A DNA stretch of 32,000 nt from Streptococcus pneumoniae (GTDB taxonomy: Bacteria; Bacillota; Bacilli; Lactobacillales; Streptococcaceae). Numbering within the stretch: the stretch's first letter is position 1; the number at the start of each line of letters is the position of its first letter. The DNA is taken from assembly GCA_001113365.1 (NCBI GenBank), contig CKYA01000002.1; one strand, 5' to 3'. Both the position numbers and the translations under genes were made by a program. Positions 1-10,997 of the stretch are shown here, piece after piece. The notes under the pieces are model-generated. The model saw only the letters and a list, made by a program, of their open reading frames with translations, did no database searches and was not told the DNA's origin.

Positions 1-1
1 G

Positions 2-811
2 GCTTCAGGAAATGTTGCTATGCGTTTTGGAGCAAACGGTGTTTGTAAATCCATCAATACTGCCTGCGCTTCATCAAATGACGCGATTGGAGATGCCTTC
101 CGCTCCATTAAGTTTGGTTTTCAAGATGTTATGTTGGTAGGTGGTTCAGAAGCCTCTATCACACCTTTTGCTATTGCTGGTTTCCAAGCCCTAACTGCTC
201 TCTCAACTACAGAGGATCCAACTCGTGCTTCTATCCCATTTGATAAGGACCGAAATGGTTTTGTCATGGGAGAAGGTTCAGGCATGTTGGTTCTTGAAAG
301 CCTTGAACACGCGGAAAAACGTGGGGCAACTATCCTTGCTGAAGTGGTTGGTTATGGACATACCTGTGATGCCTATCACATGACTTCTCCTCATCCAGAA
401 GGTCAGGGAGCTATCAAGGCCATCAAATTAGCCTTGGAAGAAGCTGAGATTTTTCCAGAACAAGTAGCCTATGTTAATGCTCACGGAACCTCAACTCCTG
501 CTAATGAAAAAGGAGAAAGTGGTGCTATCGTAGCTGTTCTTGGTAAGGAAGTGCCTGTATCATCAACCAAATCATTCACAGGACATTTGCTGGGTGCTGC
601 AGGTGCAGTAGAAGCTATCGTAACAATCGAGGCTATGCGTCATAACTTTGTACCAATGACAGCTGGAACAAGTGAAGTATCAGATTATATCGAAGCCAAT
701 GTCGTTTATGGACAAGGCTTGGAGCAAGAAATTCCATACGCTATTTCAAATACTTTTGGTTTTGGTGGCCACAATGCAGTTCTTGCTTTCAAACGTTGGG
801 AGAATAAATAA
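2..811 (+). CDS. fabF: 3-oxoacyl-[acyl-carrier-protein] synthase II, C-terminal part (5' truncated by window edge)
   Basis: The frame is open from base 2 (ASGNVAMRFGANGVCKSINTACASSND). It contains the KAS motifs NTACASS, VNAHGTSTP and KSFTGHLLGAAG. Confidence 0.97.
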   Translation, partial: ASGNVAMRFGANGVCKSINTACASSNDAIGDAFRSIKFGFQDVMLVGGSEASITPFAIAGFQALTALSTTEDPTRASIPFDKDRNGFVMGEGSGMLVLESLEHAEKRGATILAEVVGYGHTCDAYHMTSPHPEGQGAIKAIKLALEEAEIFPEQVAYVNAHGTSTPANEKGESGAIVAVLGKEVPVSSTKSFTGHLLGAAGAVEAIVTIEAMRHNFVPMTAGTSEVSDYIEANVVYGQGLEQEIPYAISNTFGFGGHNAVLAFKRWENK

Positions 812-813
812 GT

Positions 814-1287
814 ATGAATTTAAACGATATTAAAGACTTGATGGCTCAATTTGACCAGTCAAGTTTGAGAGAATTTTCTTATAAAAATGGGACGGATGAG
901 TTGCAGTTTAGCAAGAATGAAGCGAGACTTGTATCTGAAGTTGCACCAGTACCCGTTTTAGCAACACCAAGTCCAGTAGCTCCTACATCTGCTCCAGCAG
1001 AGACTGTAGCAGAAGAAGTTCCAGCTCCAGCTGAAACAAGTGTGGTTGCTGAGGGAGATCTTGTAGAGAGCCCACTTGTTGGAGTGGCTTACTTAGCTGC
1101 TGGTCCAGATAAACCTGCCTTTGTAACAGTTGGTGATAGTGTTAAAAAAGGTCAAACATTGGTCATCATCGAAGCCATGAAAGTTATGAATGAAATTCCT
1201 GCACCTAAGGATGGTGTGGTAACAGAAATTCTCGTTTCTAACGAAGAAATGGTTGAGTTTGGTAAAGGATTGGTACGTATCAAATGA
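814..1287 (+). CDS. accB: acetyl-CoA carboxylase biotin carboxyl carrier protein
   Basis: Biotinylation motif EAMKVMNEI, Pro/Ala-rich linker, and position between fabF and fabZ. Confidence 0.97.
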   Translation: MNLNDIKDLMAQFDQSSLREFSYKNGTDELQFSKNEARLVSEVAPVPVLATPSPVAPTSAPAETVAEEVPAPAETSVVAEGDLVESPLVGVAYLAAGPDKPAFVTVGDSVKKGQTLVIIEAMKVMNEIPAPKDGVVTEILVSNEEMVEFGKGLVRIK

Positions 1288-1706
1288 TCGATATTCAAGG
1301 AATCAAAGAAGCCCTTCCCCACCGTTATCCTATGCTACTAGTGGATCGTGTCTTGGAAGTGAGCGAGGATACCATTGTTGCTATCAAAAATGTGACCATC
1401 AATGAGCCCTTCTTTAACGGCCATTTTCCTCAATACCCAGTTATGCCAGGTGTTCTGATCATGGAAGCCTTGGCGCAAACAGCTGGTGTCTTGGAGTTGT
1501 CAAAACCTGAAAATAAAGGAAAACTGGTCTTTTATGCTGGTATGGACAAGGTTAAATTCAAGAAGCAAGTTGTACCAGGCGACCAATTGCTTATGACAGC
1601 GACTTTTGTAAAACGTCGTGGGACCATTGCCGTGGTTGAAGCAAAGGCTGAAGTGGATGGCAAGCTTGCAGCTAGTGGTACTCTTACCTTTGCAATAGGG
1701 AACTAA
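1284..1706 (+). CDS. fabZ: 3-hydroxyacyl-ACP dehydratase FabZ
   Basis: [13 protein letters not shown] and [21 protein letters not shown] hotdog-fold motifs; 4-nt overlap with accB. Confidence 0.97.
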   Translation: MIDIQGIKEALPHRYPMLLVDRVLEVSEDTIVAIKNVTINEPFFNGHFPQYPVMPGVLIMEALAQTAGVLELSKPENKGKLVFYAGMDKVKFKKQVVPGDQLLMTATFVKRRGTIAVVEAKAEVDGKLAASGTLTFAIGN

Positions 1707-1717
1707 GGAGGTTCTCC

Positions 1718-3085
1718 ATGTTTCGAAAAATTTTAATTGCCAATCGTGGTGAAATTGCGGTTCGGATTATCCGTGCGGCGCGTGAATTGGGCATTGCGAC
1801 CGTAGCAGTCTATTCAACTGCTGATAAGGAAGCCCTTCATACGCTTTTGGCAGATGAAGCAGTTTGTATCGGTCCTGGCAAGGCAACAGAGTCTTATCTC
1901 AATATCAATGCGGTTCTATCAGCTGCAGTCTTGACTGAGGCAGAAGCCATTCACCCCGGTTTTGGATTTCTCAGTGAAAATTCCAAATTTGCTACCATGT
2001 GTGAAGAGGTGGGTATCAAGTTTATCGGTCCATCTGGCCATGTCATGGATATGATGGGGGATAAGATCAATGCGCGTGCTCAGATGATCAAAGCAGGTGT
2101 ACCTGTTATTCCAGGTTCGGATGGAGAAGTACATAACTCTGAGGAAGCTTTGATTGTTGCTGAAAAAATTGGCTATCCTGTTATGCTCAAGGCTTCAGCA
2201 GGTGGAGGTGGTAAAGGGATTCGTAAGGTTGAAAAACCAGAAGACCTCGTTTCAGCCTTTGAAACGGCTTCTAGCGAAGCCAAGGCCAATTATGGCAATG
2301 GTGCCATGTACATAGAACGAGTTATCTATCCAGCTCGTCACATCGAGGTTCAAATCCTAGGAGATGAGCATGGACATGTGATTCACTTGGGGGAACGGGA
2401 TTGTTCTCTTCAACGGAATAACCAAAAGGTTTTGGAAGAAAGTCCTTCGATTGCAATTGGCAAAACGTTACGCAATGAAATCGGTGCTGCTGCTGTTCGA
2501 GCTGCAGAGTCTGTTGGCTATGAGAATGCAGGGACCATTGAGTTTCTTCTTGATGAAGCCAGTGGCAAATTCTACTTTATGGAGATGAATACTCGTGTAC
2601 AAGTAGAACATCCAGTAACAGAATTTGTTTCAGGTGTGGATATCGTTAAGGAACAGATTCGCATTGCGGCAGGTCAGCCCCTGTCTGTTAAGCAAGAAGA
2701 TATTGTCCTAAGAGGCCATGCCATCGAGTGTCGTATCAATGCAGAAAACCCAGCCTTCAACTTTGCTCCAAGTCCAGGTAAGATTACCAATCTCTATCTG
2801 CCAAGTGGTGGAGTTGGCTTGCGCGTGGATTCAGCAGTTTATCCAGGCTATACCATTCCACCTTATTATGATAGTATGATTGCTAAAATCATCGTTCATG
2901 GAGAAAATCGTTTTGATGCCTTGATGAAAATGCAACGTGCCCTCTATGAACTAGAGATTGAAGGAGTGCAGACCAATGCAGATTTCCAGCTTGACCTCAT
3001 TTCAGATCGCAATGTCATTGCTGGGGATTATGATACTTCCTTCTTGATGGAAACCTTCTTACCCAAGTATCAAGAAAAAGAATAA
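1718..3085 (+). CDS. accC: acetyl-CoA carboxylase biotin carboxylase subunit
   Basis: MFRKILIANRGEIAVRIIRA, GGGGKGIR ATP-grasp motif and EMNTRVQVEHPVTE. Confidence 0.98.
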   Translation: MFRKILIANRGEIAVRIIRAARELGIATVAVYSTADKEALHTLLADEAVCIGPGKATESYLNINAVLSAAVLTEAEAIHPGFGFLSENSKFATMCEEVGIKFIGPSGHVMDMMGDKINARAQMIKAGVPVIPGSDGEVHNSEEALIVAEKIGYPVMLKASAGGGGKGIRKVEKPEDLVSAFETASSEAKANYGNGAMYIERVIYPARHIEVQILGDEHGHVIHLGERDCSLQRNNQKVLEESPSIAIGKTLRNEIGAAAVRAAESVGYENAGTIEFLLDEASGKFYFMEMNTRVQVEHPVTEFVSGVDIVKEQIRIAAGQPLSVKQEDIVLRGHAIECRINAENPAFNFAPSPGKITNLYLPSGGVGLRVDSAVYPGYTIPPYYDSMIAKIIVHGENRFDALMKMQRALYELEIEGVQTNADFQLDLISDRNVIAGDYDTSFLMETFLPKYQEKE

Positions 3086-3121
3086 AATGACTTCAAGAGT
3101 TTAAACCGAAAAGGGGAATCA

Positions 3122-3988
3122 ATGGCTCTATTTAGTAAAAAAGATAAGTATATTCGAATCAATCCCAATCGTTCGGTTAGGGAAAAACCTCAAGCCAAGC
3201 CAGAGGTTCCAGATGAATTATTCTCCCAGTGTCCAGGCTGTAAGCATACCATTTATCAGAAGGATCTGGGAAGTGAGCGTATCTGTCCACATTGTAGCTA
3301 CACCTTTCGTATTTCTGCCCAAGAACGCTTGGCTTTGACGATTGATATGGGAACCTTCAAGGAATTGTTTACAGGGATTGAAAGCAAGGATCCCTTGTAT
3401 TTCCCTGGTTATCAAAAGAAACTAGCAACTATGCGTGAAAAAACAGGGCTGGATGAAGCCGTTGTGACAGGAACAGCTCTTATTAAAGGTCAGACTGTGG
3501 CTCTTGGGATTATGGATTCCAACTTTATCATGGCTTCTATGGGTACGGTTGTAGGTGAAAAAATCACTCGCTTGTTTGAGTATGCGACTGTTGAAAAATT
3601 GCCAGTTGTTCTCTTCACAGCCTCTGGTGGGGCCCGTATGCAGGAAGGAATCATGAGTCTCATGCAGATGGCCAAGATCTCTGCAGCAGTTAAACGGCAT
3701 TCAAATGCTGGTCTCTTTTATCTGACCATTTTGACAGATCCAACGACAGGTGGAGTGACAGCTTCCTTCGCTATGGAAGGCGATATTATTCTGGCTGAAC
3801 CACAGAGTTTAGTTGGTTTTGCTGGGCGTCGTGTCATTGAAAACACGGTTCGTGAAAGCTTGCCTGAGGATTTCCAAAAGGCAGAATTCCTATTGGAGCA
3901 TGGATTTGTGGATGCTATTGTCAAAAGAAGAGACTTACCAGATACCATTGCTAGCCTAGTCAGATTGCATGGAGGGTGTCCTAGATGA
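3122..3988 (+). CDS. accD: acetyl-CoA carboxylase carboxyltransferase subunit beta
   Basis: N-terminal zinc ribbon [22 protein letters not shown], and [12 protein letters not shown]. Confidence 0.97.
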   Translation: MALFSKKDKYIRINPNRSVREKPQAKPEVPDELFSQCPGCKHTIYQKDLGSERICPHCSYTFRISAQERLALTIDMGTFKELFTGIESKDPLYFPGYQKKLATMREKTGLDEAVVTGTALIKGQTVALGIMDSNFIMASMGTVVGEKITRLFEYATVEKLPVVLFTASGGARMQEGIMSLMQMAKISAAVKRHSNAGLFYLTILTDPTTGGVTASFAMEGDIILAEPQSLVGFAGRRVIENTVRESLPEDFQKAEFLLEHGFVDAIVKRRDLPDTIASLVRLHGGCPR

Positions 3989-4752
3989 ATATTGCAAAAA
4001 TAGTCAGAGAAGCGCGTGAGCAGAGTCGCTTGACAACCTTGGACTTTGCTGCAGGCATTTTTGATGAATTTATCCAATTACACGGTGACCGTTCTTTTCG
4101 TGATGATGGTGCAGTTGTTGGTGGTATTGGTTGGCTTGGAGATCAAGCTGTAACAGTGGTTGGTATCCAAAAAGGCAAGAGTTTACAAGATAACCTCAAA
4201 CGGAATTTTGGACAACCGCATCCAGAAGGCTACCGTAAGGCTCTGCGGTTGATGAAACAGGCTGAAAAGTTTAGCCGTCCAGTTGTGACCTTTATCAATA
4301 CAGCAGGAGCCTATCCTGGTGTCGGAGCAGAAGAACGTGGTCAAGGGGAAGCTATCGCTCGCAATCTCATGGAAATGAGTGACCTGAAAGTTCCGATTAT
4401 CGCCATTATTATCGGTGAAGGTGGTTCAGGTGGGGCTCTGGCTCTAGCAGTCGCAGACCGTGTCTGGATGCTGGAAAATTCTATCTATGCCATTCTTAGT
4501 CCAGAAGGCTTTGCTTCCATTCTATGGAAGGATGGCAGTCGTGCCATGGAAGCGGCAGAACTGATGAAAATCACTTCACATGAGCTGTTAGAAATGGACG
4601 TGGTAGATAAGGTGATTTCTGAAGCAGGACTTTCTAGTAAGGAACTGATTAAGAGTGTCAAAAAAGAACTCCAAGATGAGCTAGCTATACTTTTACAAAA
4701 ACCGCTAGAAGAGCTGTTGGAAGAACGCTATCAACGATTTAGAAAATACTAA
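3985..4752 (+). CDS. accA: acetyl-CoA carboxylase carboxyltransferase subunit alpha
   Basis: [26 protein letters not shown] and [11 protein letters not shown]; 4-nt overlap with accD. Confidence 0.97.
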   Translation: MNIAKIVREAREQSRLTTLDFAAGIFDEFIQLHGDRSFRDDGAVVGGIGWLGDQAVTVVGIQKGKSLQDNLKRNFGQPHPEGYRKALRLMKQAEKFSRPVVTFINTAGAYPGVGAEERGQGEAIARNLMEMSDLKVPIIAIIIGEGGSGGALALAVADRVWMLENSIYAILSPEGFASILWKDGSRAMEAAELMKITSHELLEMDVVDKVISEAGLSSKELIKSVKKELQDELAILLQKPLEELLEERYQRFRKY

Positions 4753-4756
4753 TACA

Positions 4757-4787
4757 AAAACTAGAACTGGCAGTCAGTTCTAGTTTT
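4757..4787. terminator. bidirectional intrinsic terminator between convergent accA and nusB
   Basis: AAAACTAGAACTG (4757-4769) and CAGTTCTAGTTTT (4775-4787) form a perfect 13-bp stem with U-tract on both strands. Confidence 0.9.
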
Positions 4788-4854
4788 TATGTGGTTCTTA
4801 CTCTGTATCAAGGACGAAGTAAAAAGGTGCTTGGAAGACCAAACACCTTTTCGA

Positions 4855-5280
4855 TTATTCATTTTCTTCTGTTACAAATTGACTAAGCAGTCCATTGATA
4901 AAACGGGCTGATTTTTGATCTGAAAAATTCTTAGCGAGTTCAATAGCTTCATTGACTGCTACCAGCTGAGGTGTATCAAATGATGTAATTTCAAAGATAC
5001 CCAAGCGTAGTAAATTTTTTTCGACCAAGGTTAAGCGTTCAACTGTCCAACCTGACTTGAGATGCTGGTTGATTTGTTTATCCAACTCGTCTTTTTGCGC
5101 TTGAACACCAGAAACCAAGTTCAGAAGAAAGGCAGGGATTTGCACATCTGCATCTTCACGGTCATGTGTGTAGGCAAAGCGACAAGCTGTTTCCATATCT
5201 GTACCGAATTCAAGACTCATGAGAGCTTGAAAAGCGCATTTACGAAGTTCGCGTCTGGATTCTAATAGTGGACTAGTCAT
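4855..5280 (-). CDS. nusB: transcription antitermination factor NusB
   Basis: NusB-like sequence ([61 protein letters not shown]). The start is placed at [12 protein letters not shown], preceded by GAGGAC, rather than the upstream Met at 5298. Confidence 0.92.
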   Translation of the reverse strand: MTSPLLESRRELRKCAFQALMSLEFGTDMETACRFAYTHDREDADVQIPAFLLNLVSGVQAQKDELDKQINQHLKSGWTVERLTLVEKNLLRLGIFEITSFDTPQLVAVNEAIELAKNFSDQKSARFINGLLSQFVTEENE

Positions 5281-5662
5281 TGAGGAAGTCCTCGTCAAAC
5301 AGATCTTTCAACTCTGGTTTCGGAGTTTTATCCGGAACGATTCCCGCAACGTGAATATTGACAACAGAAAGTTCCACATCAGCCATATTACGAACAGCGT
5401 CCTTAACAGCTTTTTGGATAGCCATAGCAACTTTAGGTACTTTCACACCGTACTCAAGGTAGAGATAGATGTCAGCAGTTAGCTCTTCGTTGCTTTCTTT
5501 TAAGTAGACGCCACGACCAAGAGAGAGTTTTGATAGGGTGTCAGATACGGATTTATTTGAAAATGAGTGGACACCATCAACTTTAGCAGTTGCGATGGCA
5601 ATGATTTTTTCAAGTACACGTGGAGCGATAACGATTTCGCCAAATTGTTCTTCAATTCCCAT
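5273..5662 (-). CDS. Asp23/Gls24 family envelope stress response protein
   Basis: [31 protein letters not shown] and [26 protein letters not shown]; located between nusB and efp. Confidence 0.92.
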   Translation of the reverse strand: MGIEEQFGEIVIAPRVLEKIIAIATAKVDGVHSFSNKSVSDTLSKLSLGRGVYLKESNEELTADIYLYLEYGVKVPKVAMAIQKAVKDAVRNMADVELSVVNIHVAGIVPDKTPKPELKDLFDEDFLND

Positions 5663-5683
5663 AGAATGACCTCTTTCTAGAGA

Positions 5684-6244
5684 TTAGGCACGAGAAACGT
5701 AAGTTCCTTCTGCAGTGTTGATGATCAATTTTTGTCCAGCTTCGATGAAGTCAGGAACGTTGACAACAAGTCCAGTTTCCATAGTTGCTGGTTTACCAGA
5801 ACCTGTAACAGTAGCACCTTTGATAGATGGTTGTGTTTCAGCAACTGTCAATTCAACAGTAGTTGGTACAGTTACACCGATTACTTCAGTTCCGTAGAAT
5901 TGGATTTTCACATCAGAGTTTTCAAGAATGTAAAGCAATTCATTTTCAACGTTCACGACGGGAATTTCGTATTGGTCGTAAGTTTCAGTGTTCATGAAGT
6001 AGGCAGTTTCATCCATTTTGTACAAGTATTGAGCTGGAACAGTTTCGATAATAGCTTGTTCGAATTTTTCTTCTGGACGGTAGCTTGTATCAAAAGTAGA
6101 ACCAGTACGGACATCACGCAATTTCATACGCATGATTGTGTTCCCTTTACCTGGTTTGTGGTGGCTAGCTTCCAAAACGCGGATCAATTTTCCGTCTGCA
6201 GTTTCAAATGTCATACCAGCTTTCAATTTGCTTGCTTCAATCAT
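5684..6244 (-). CDS. efp: elongation factor P
   Basis: [48 protein letters not shown] is a canonical EF-P N-terminus. Confidence 0.98.
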   Translation of the reverse strand: MIEASKLKAGMTFETADGKLIRVLEASHHKPGKGNTIMRMKLRDVRTGSTFDTSYRPEEKFEQAIIETVPAQYLYKMDETAYFMNTETYDQYEIPVVNVENELLYILENSDVKIQFYGTEVIGVTVPTTVELTVAETQPSIKGATVTGSGKPATMETGLVVNVPDFIEAGQKLIINTAEGTYVSRA

Positions 6245-6404
6245 GTTTTTACCTCTTTAATAAATATTATTACTCTTCATTTTACCATAAAATCTTCTGG
6301 AAATAAAGCCAAAATAGTTATTGGGAGATGGTAGGAGCGAAAAAGAATATTGGCTAGTCAGGTGGAGTGGTTAATGTTAAAGAGTATCCACTATATTTCT
6401 TCTC

Positions 6405-6557
6405 ATACTCAATGGAAATCAAAGAGCAAACTAGGAAGCTAGCCGCAGGCTGCTCAAAACACTGTTTTGAGGTTGTGGATAGAACTGACGAAGTCAGTAA
6501 CCATATATACGGTAATGTGACGCTGACGTGGTTTGAAGAGATTTTCGAAGAGTATTA
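6405..6557. repeat. BOX element (boxC-boxB-boxA read on + strand; boxA-B-C on - strand)
   Basis: ATACTCAATGGAAATCAAAGAGCAAACTAGGAAGCTAGCCGCAGGCTGCTC (boxC-like), AAAACACTGTTTTGAGGTTGTGGATAGAACTGACGAAGTCAG (boxB-like), then TATACGGTAATGTGACGCTGACGTGGTTTGAAGAGATTTTCGAAGAGTAT (boxA-like). The last segment resembles the BOXA1R primer core CTACGGCAAGGCGACGCTGACG. Termini ATACTC..GAAATC and GATTTTC..GAGTAT are inverted. Confidence 0.88.
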
Positions 6558-6620
6558 TATTTCAAAAGGCCGAAGTAAGTTTACTCCGACCTGTTAGTAT
6601 TGTCTTAAAAAGATTGATTT

Positions 6621-7664
6621 TTATTCTGGTTCTACCAAAATTTTAATTTGTGACTTATCTTGAGTTAATTCGATAAAGCCTTCTTCGACGATATTTTCCA
6701 ATTTAATTTTCTTAGTAACCAATTTTTCAGCAGAGAAGTAGCCTTGTTCCATCAATTCTAATACTTTAGGGAAGATATGACGATAAGCAATGATCCCTTT
6801 TAGTGTCTTTTCTTGGATTGCAAATTCATTCGGATTGATATTTGCTTCTCGTTCCCAGATAGAGACCACCATGCACTCACCTGCCTTATGTACGGCAGCT
6901 AAGGCTTGTCCTAAAACTACTGGCACACCCGTTACTTCATAAGAAACATCTACACCACCGTTTGTTAAACGATGAATAGCTTCAACAGCTGTTTCACCTT
7001 CTTCCGGACGGACAACGATAGCTCCTAACTCTTCAGCTTTTGCTTGACGTTCAGGTGATAGTTCAACAGCATAAATCTTAGAAGCACCCGCTGCACGAAG
7101 GGCTTCTACAATTAAGAGACCAATCGGACCTAAGCCAAAGACAGCAGCAGTATCACCAGCTTTTAGTGCTGATTGACGAACTGCATAAACTGCAACAGCA
7201 GCTGGCTCAGTGAGAGCAGCTTGCTCATAGCTTAAGCTATCTGGAATGACATGTACTAAGTCGCCGTCTAAAACACAATATTTGGCAAATCCACCGTCTG
7301 CAGCCAAACCGACAAAATTAAGGTTTGGATCCAAATTATAATTACCAACTAAGTTATTCTTAGCTAGAATTGGTTCTACAGCAACACGATCACCAACTTT
7401 AACACGAGTAACATCGCTTCCGACTTCTACAATTTCACCAGAAAATTCATGTCCCAATGTTACTGGTGCTTTTTGACCAGAATAGACATGTTCTTCTGTT
7501 GGTATGAAGATAGGGCCATCTAAAAATTCGTGGAGGTCAGTACCACAAATTCCCGTGAATTTAACAGCAACTTTTACTTGGTGCGGAAGTACCTCAGGGA
7601 CTTCTACTTCTTGAATACGAACATCTTTTGCTGCATGCCAGCGAGCTGCCTTCATTGTAGCCAT
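6621..7664 (-). CDS. zinc-dependent medium-chain alcohol dehydrogenase, 2,3-butanediol dehydrogenase-like
   Basis: GHEFSGEIVEVG zinc-ADH signature, CGTDLHEFLDGPIFIP, AVFGLGPIGLLIVEALRAAGASKIYAVE Rossmann motif. Confidence 0.85.
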   Translation of the reverse strand: MATMKAARWHAAKDVRIQEVEVPEVLPHQVKVAVKFTGICGTDLHEFLDGPIFIPTEEHVYSGQKAPVTLGHEFSGEIVEVGSDVTRVKVGDRVAVEPILAKNNLVGNYNLDPNLNFVGLAADGGFAKYCVLDGDLVHVIPDSLSYEQAALTEPAAVAVYAVRQSALKAGDTAAVFGLGPIGLLIVEALRAAGASKIYAVELSPERQAKAEELGAIVVRPEEGETAVEAIHRLTNGGVDVSYEVTGVPVVLGQALAAVHKAGECMVVSIWEREANINPNEFAIQEKTLKGIIAYRHIFPKVLELMEQGYFSAEKLVTKKIKLENIVEEGFIELTQDKSQIKILVEPE

Positions 7665-7723
7665 ATGAATAACTCCTTTTTGTTGCGATTTTTAGTTTTC
7701 CTTTTAGGAAACTTTATATGTAA

Positions 7724-7752
7724 CATTGTAAACGCTTTCTGTCTATTTGTCA
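7724..7752 (-). promoter_or_regulatory. sigma-A-type promoter for the dehydrogenase with overlapping candidate cre (CcpA) site
   Basis: On the - strand, TTGACA (7752-7747), a 17-nt spacer and TACAAT (7729-7724). AGAAAGCGTTTACA (7739-7726) differs at one position from the cre-like TGAAAGCGTTTACA. Confidence 0.75.
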
Positions 7753-7779
7753 AGAAAAAACCAACCTCAGGGCTGGTTT
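7753..7779. terminator. bidirectional intrinsic terminator downstream of gatB
   Basis: AAAAAACCAaCCTCAGGGCTGGTTTTT: A-rich/U-rich stem-loop just before the end of gatB on the - strand. Confidence 0.7.
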
Positions 7780-7786
7780 TTACATA

Positions 7787-9229
7787 TTACTCTTCTTTCA
7801 ACTTCGCCAATTCTTGGGCAAGTAGTTTAAGGGCGACTTGTGGGTTGGCTTGGCCTTTGGTTGCTTTCATAAGGAATCCTGTGAAGGCCTTGTCTGCGTT
7901 GCGTTTGCCTGACTTGAAGTCGGCAACTGCGGCTTCGTTATCCGCAAAGACTTGGTGGATGATTGGAATCAAAACAGCTGGATCTGAGATTTGGACCATA
8001 CCTGCTTTTTCAACGTATTCACGCGCGCCTCCGCCATTTTTAGCTAGATGGACAAAGACTTTCTTGGCAATTTTAGAAGAAATAGTGCCGTCTTCGATGA
8101 TGGCAATCATTTCAACCAAGTTTTCTGGTGTCAATTCGATTTGTTCCAGCGTCTTGCCTTCAGCGTTTAAGAACTGAGCAACCTCACCTTGGAGCCAGTT
8201 AGAAACTTGTTTAGCGTCACCGCCAAGGGCAACAGCTTTTTCAAAGAAGTCAGAAGTGACTTTGTTTGCAGTCAACTGGCTAGCATCGTAGTCTGATAAA
8301 CCAAGGTCAGATACATAACGCGCACGGCGTTCTTTTGGAAACTCTGGTAACTCTGTACGCATTTCCTCAATCCACTCGTCTGAGATTTCAAAGAGTGGTA
8401 GGTCTGGTTCTGGGAAGTAGCGGTAGTCTGCAGCCCCTTCCTTGACACGCATGAGGATGGTTGCTTTGTTAGCTTCATCGTAACGGCGTGTTTCTTGACG
8501 GATTTGACCGCCTGATCGAAGGATTTCAGCTTGACGTTGGACTTCGTATTCAAGACCTTTGCGAACGTTTGAGAAGGAGTTGAGGTTTTTCAACTCAGTC
8601 TTGGTACCGAATTTTTCTTGACCATAAGGACGAAGAGAAATATTGGCATCCACACGCATAGAACCTTCTTCCATCTTAACGTCAGAAATGCCAGCGTACT
8701 GGATAACTTCCTTGAGTGCTGTCAGATAAGCATAGGCCTCCTCTGGCGAACGCATGTCGGCTTCAGATACAATCTCAATCAATGGCACCCCTTGGCGGTT
8801 GAGGTCAACATAAGAGTAGCCATCTGTACCGTGGGTGTTTTTACCAGCGTCTTCTTCTAGGTGAGCACGTTCGATACCGATTTTCTTGGTCGTACCGTCT
8901 TCTAGCTCGACTTCAATCCAGCCGTTATAACCGATTGGCTCATCAAACTGAGAAATCTGGTAGGCTTTTGGATTATCAGGGTAGAAGTAGTTCTTGCGGT
9001 CAAAGTGCATTTTTTTGTGGATGTCCATATTGAGGGCAAGAGCAGCCTTGATTCCGGCATCGACAACACCTTTGTTGAGAACTGGCAGAACTCCTGGGAA
9101 AGACCAGTCAATCACGTTAGTGTTAGCGTTTTGGTCATTTCCAAAGTGGGCAGAAGTAGGTGAGAAGATTTTTGAATTGGTGTTGAGCTCTACGTGGACT
9201 TCAAGTCCAATGACTGTTTCAAAGTTCAT
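7787..9229 (-). CDS. gatB: Asp-tRNA(Asn)/Glu-tRNA(Gln) amidotransferase subunit B
   Basis: [30 protein letters not shown] and [35 protein letters not shown]. Confidence 0.98.
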
Positions 9230-10695
9230 TAGTTGTCACCTCCAAAAATCACGGGTTGTTGTTTGTGGTAGTCTGTTGTTGCTTCAAAAGCAGCAGCAGC
9301 TTGGTAAATGGTTTCCTCTGAGTATTTAGGACCAATCAATTGCAGACCGACTGGTAGACCTTGAGAGAAACCAGCAGGAATCGAAATTCCTGGTAGACCA
9401 GCTAAGTTGACTGGGATGGTCAAGAGGTCAGCCAAGTACATGGCAACTGGGTCGTGGTTGAGTGAATCCAAGTCATAGGCAACACTTGGAGCAGTTGGTC
9501 CCAAAATCAAGTCATAATCCGCGAAGACTTTTTCGAAATCTTGGATGATGAGGGTACGGACCTGACCAGCTTTCTTGTAGTAGGCATCGTAGTAACCTGA
9601 TGAAAGGCTGAAAGTACCTAGCATGATACGACGTTTCACTTCTTCACCGAAACCTTGGCTACGGCTGTTTACATAGATTTCATCAAGATTAGTCGCATCC
9701 TCTGCGCGGTAGCCGTAACGGATACCGTCAAAACGTTGCAAGTTTGATGAAGCTTCTGATGAAGCGATGATGTAGTAAACGGCAACACCGTATTTAGAGT
9801 GAGGCAGGCTGACTTCTTCGACGATAGCACCAAGTTTCTCAAAGTGTTTAGCTGCGTTGATGATAGTTTCTTTAACCTCTGGGTCAATACCTTCACCGAG
9901 ATATTCCTTAGGCAAAGCAATTTTCATACCCTTGATGTCTTGACCGATTTTTGAGGTAAAGTCGGCAATGCGGACAGGAGCAGAAGTGGAGTCTTTGGCA
10001 TCTTCGCTAGCAATAGCGTTGAGCAAGAGGGCATTTTCCTTAACAGTAGGAGCAAAAGGTCCAATCTGGTCTAATGAGCTACCAAAGGCAATGAGACCGA
10101 AACGTGAAACTGTTCCGTAGGTTGGTTTGAGACCAACGATTCCGTTGAAGGCAGCAGGTTGGCGGATGGAACCACCAGTATCAGAACCAAGTGACAAGCG
10201 GACTTGTCCAGAAGCTACAGCTGCGGCAGAACCACTTGATGACCCACCAGGAACCTTGCTGTGGTCCCAAGCATTTTTAGTGGCACCATAGTGTGAAGTC
10301 TCACCTGACCCCCCCATGGCAAATTCGTCCATGTTGGTTTTCCCAACGACAATCATACCTTTAGATTTTGCATTGGAAACGGCTGTCGCATCAAAGATTG
10401 GCTCATAGTTGTAGAGCATTTTTGAGGCAGCAGTTGTGAGAATACCGTCTGTAGAGATATTATCCTTAACAGCAAGTGGAATTCCTGAAAGGACATTATT
10501 CGCGTCAATTCCAGCTTCATCAATAGCTTTGGCTTGAGCAAGAGCTTGTTCCTCAGCGATGGTGACAAAAGCGTTGATAGCTGTTTCGCGAGACTTGATA
10601 TCTTCAAGCGTTGCTTGTGTCAATTCAGTTGCTGAAATTTCCTTAGAGACAAGGAGATTATGCAAGTCTTCAATGGTTTTATTGTTGAAAGTCAT
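9229..10695 (-). CDS. gatA: Asp-tRNA(Asn)/Glu-tRNA(Gln) amidotransferase subunit A
   Basis: Amidase signature [10 protein letters not shown]-type and [37 protein letters not shown]. Confidence 0.98.
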
Positions 10696-10997
10696 TAGGC
10701 ATCTCCTCCATCGTCTAGGATAGCTGGTACCTTGATATAGTAGTTGTCTTTTTCAGGTACGTTTTTAAACAAGCGATCGCGGTCTGTTCCTTCTTCGGCC
10801 ATATCAGGGCGGAGTACGGTCTTACGGTCAGCCATAGTTGTAGTAGGTGCGACACCAGTTGTGTCAACTTCGCCCAGCAATTCAACCATGTCAACAATCT
10901 TAGACAAGGTAGTCGCAAAGGCAGCAGTTTCTTCTTCAGAGAATCTTAATTTTGAAAGATTGGCAACGTGTGTTACCTCTTCTTGCGTAATTTTCAT
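10695..10997 (-). CDS. gatC: Asp-tRNA(Asn)/Glu-tRNA(Gln) amidotransferase subunit C
   Basis: [46 protein letters not shown]; operon with gatA and gatB. Confidence 0.96.
   Translation of the reverse strand: MKITQEEVTHVANLSKLRFSEEETAAFATTLSKIVDMVELLGEVDTTGVAPTTTMADRKTVLRPDMAEEGTDRDRLFKNVPEKDNYYIKVPAILDDGGDA

Noticed and set aside
1919-2134. Antisense 71-aa ORF inside accC
   Set aside because: It lies fully within a conserved CDS, has no RBS or family resemblance and is a shadow of strong codon bias.
3218-4077. Several antisense ORFs over accD/accA (3218-3415, 3422-3700, 3490-3675, 3718-4077)
   Set aside because: All are complementary to well-supported accD/accA and show no independent coding signals.
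5732-6334. 200-aa + strand ORF opposite efp
   Set aside because: efp is unambiguous on the minus strand. The ORF has a low-complexity, Cys/Phe/Ser-rich composition typical of a shadow ORF.
6367-6597. 76-aa ORF as a real protein
   Set aside because: It is almost wholly contained in the BOX element; such repeat-derived frames are common false genes.
7530-8177. 215-aa + strand ORF over the dehydrogenase start and gatB
   Set aside because: It crosses the promoter/terminator region and is antisense to gatB; no recognisable domain.
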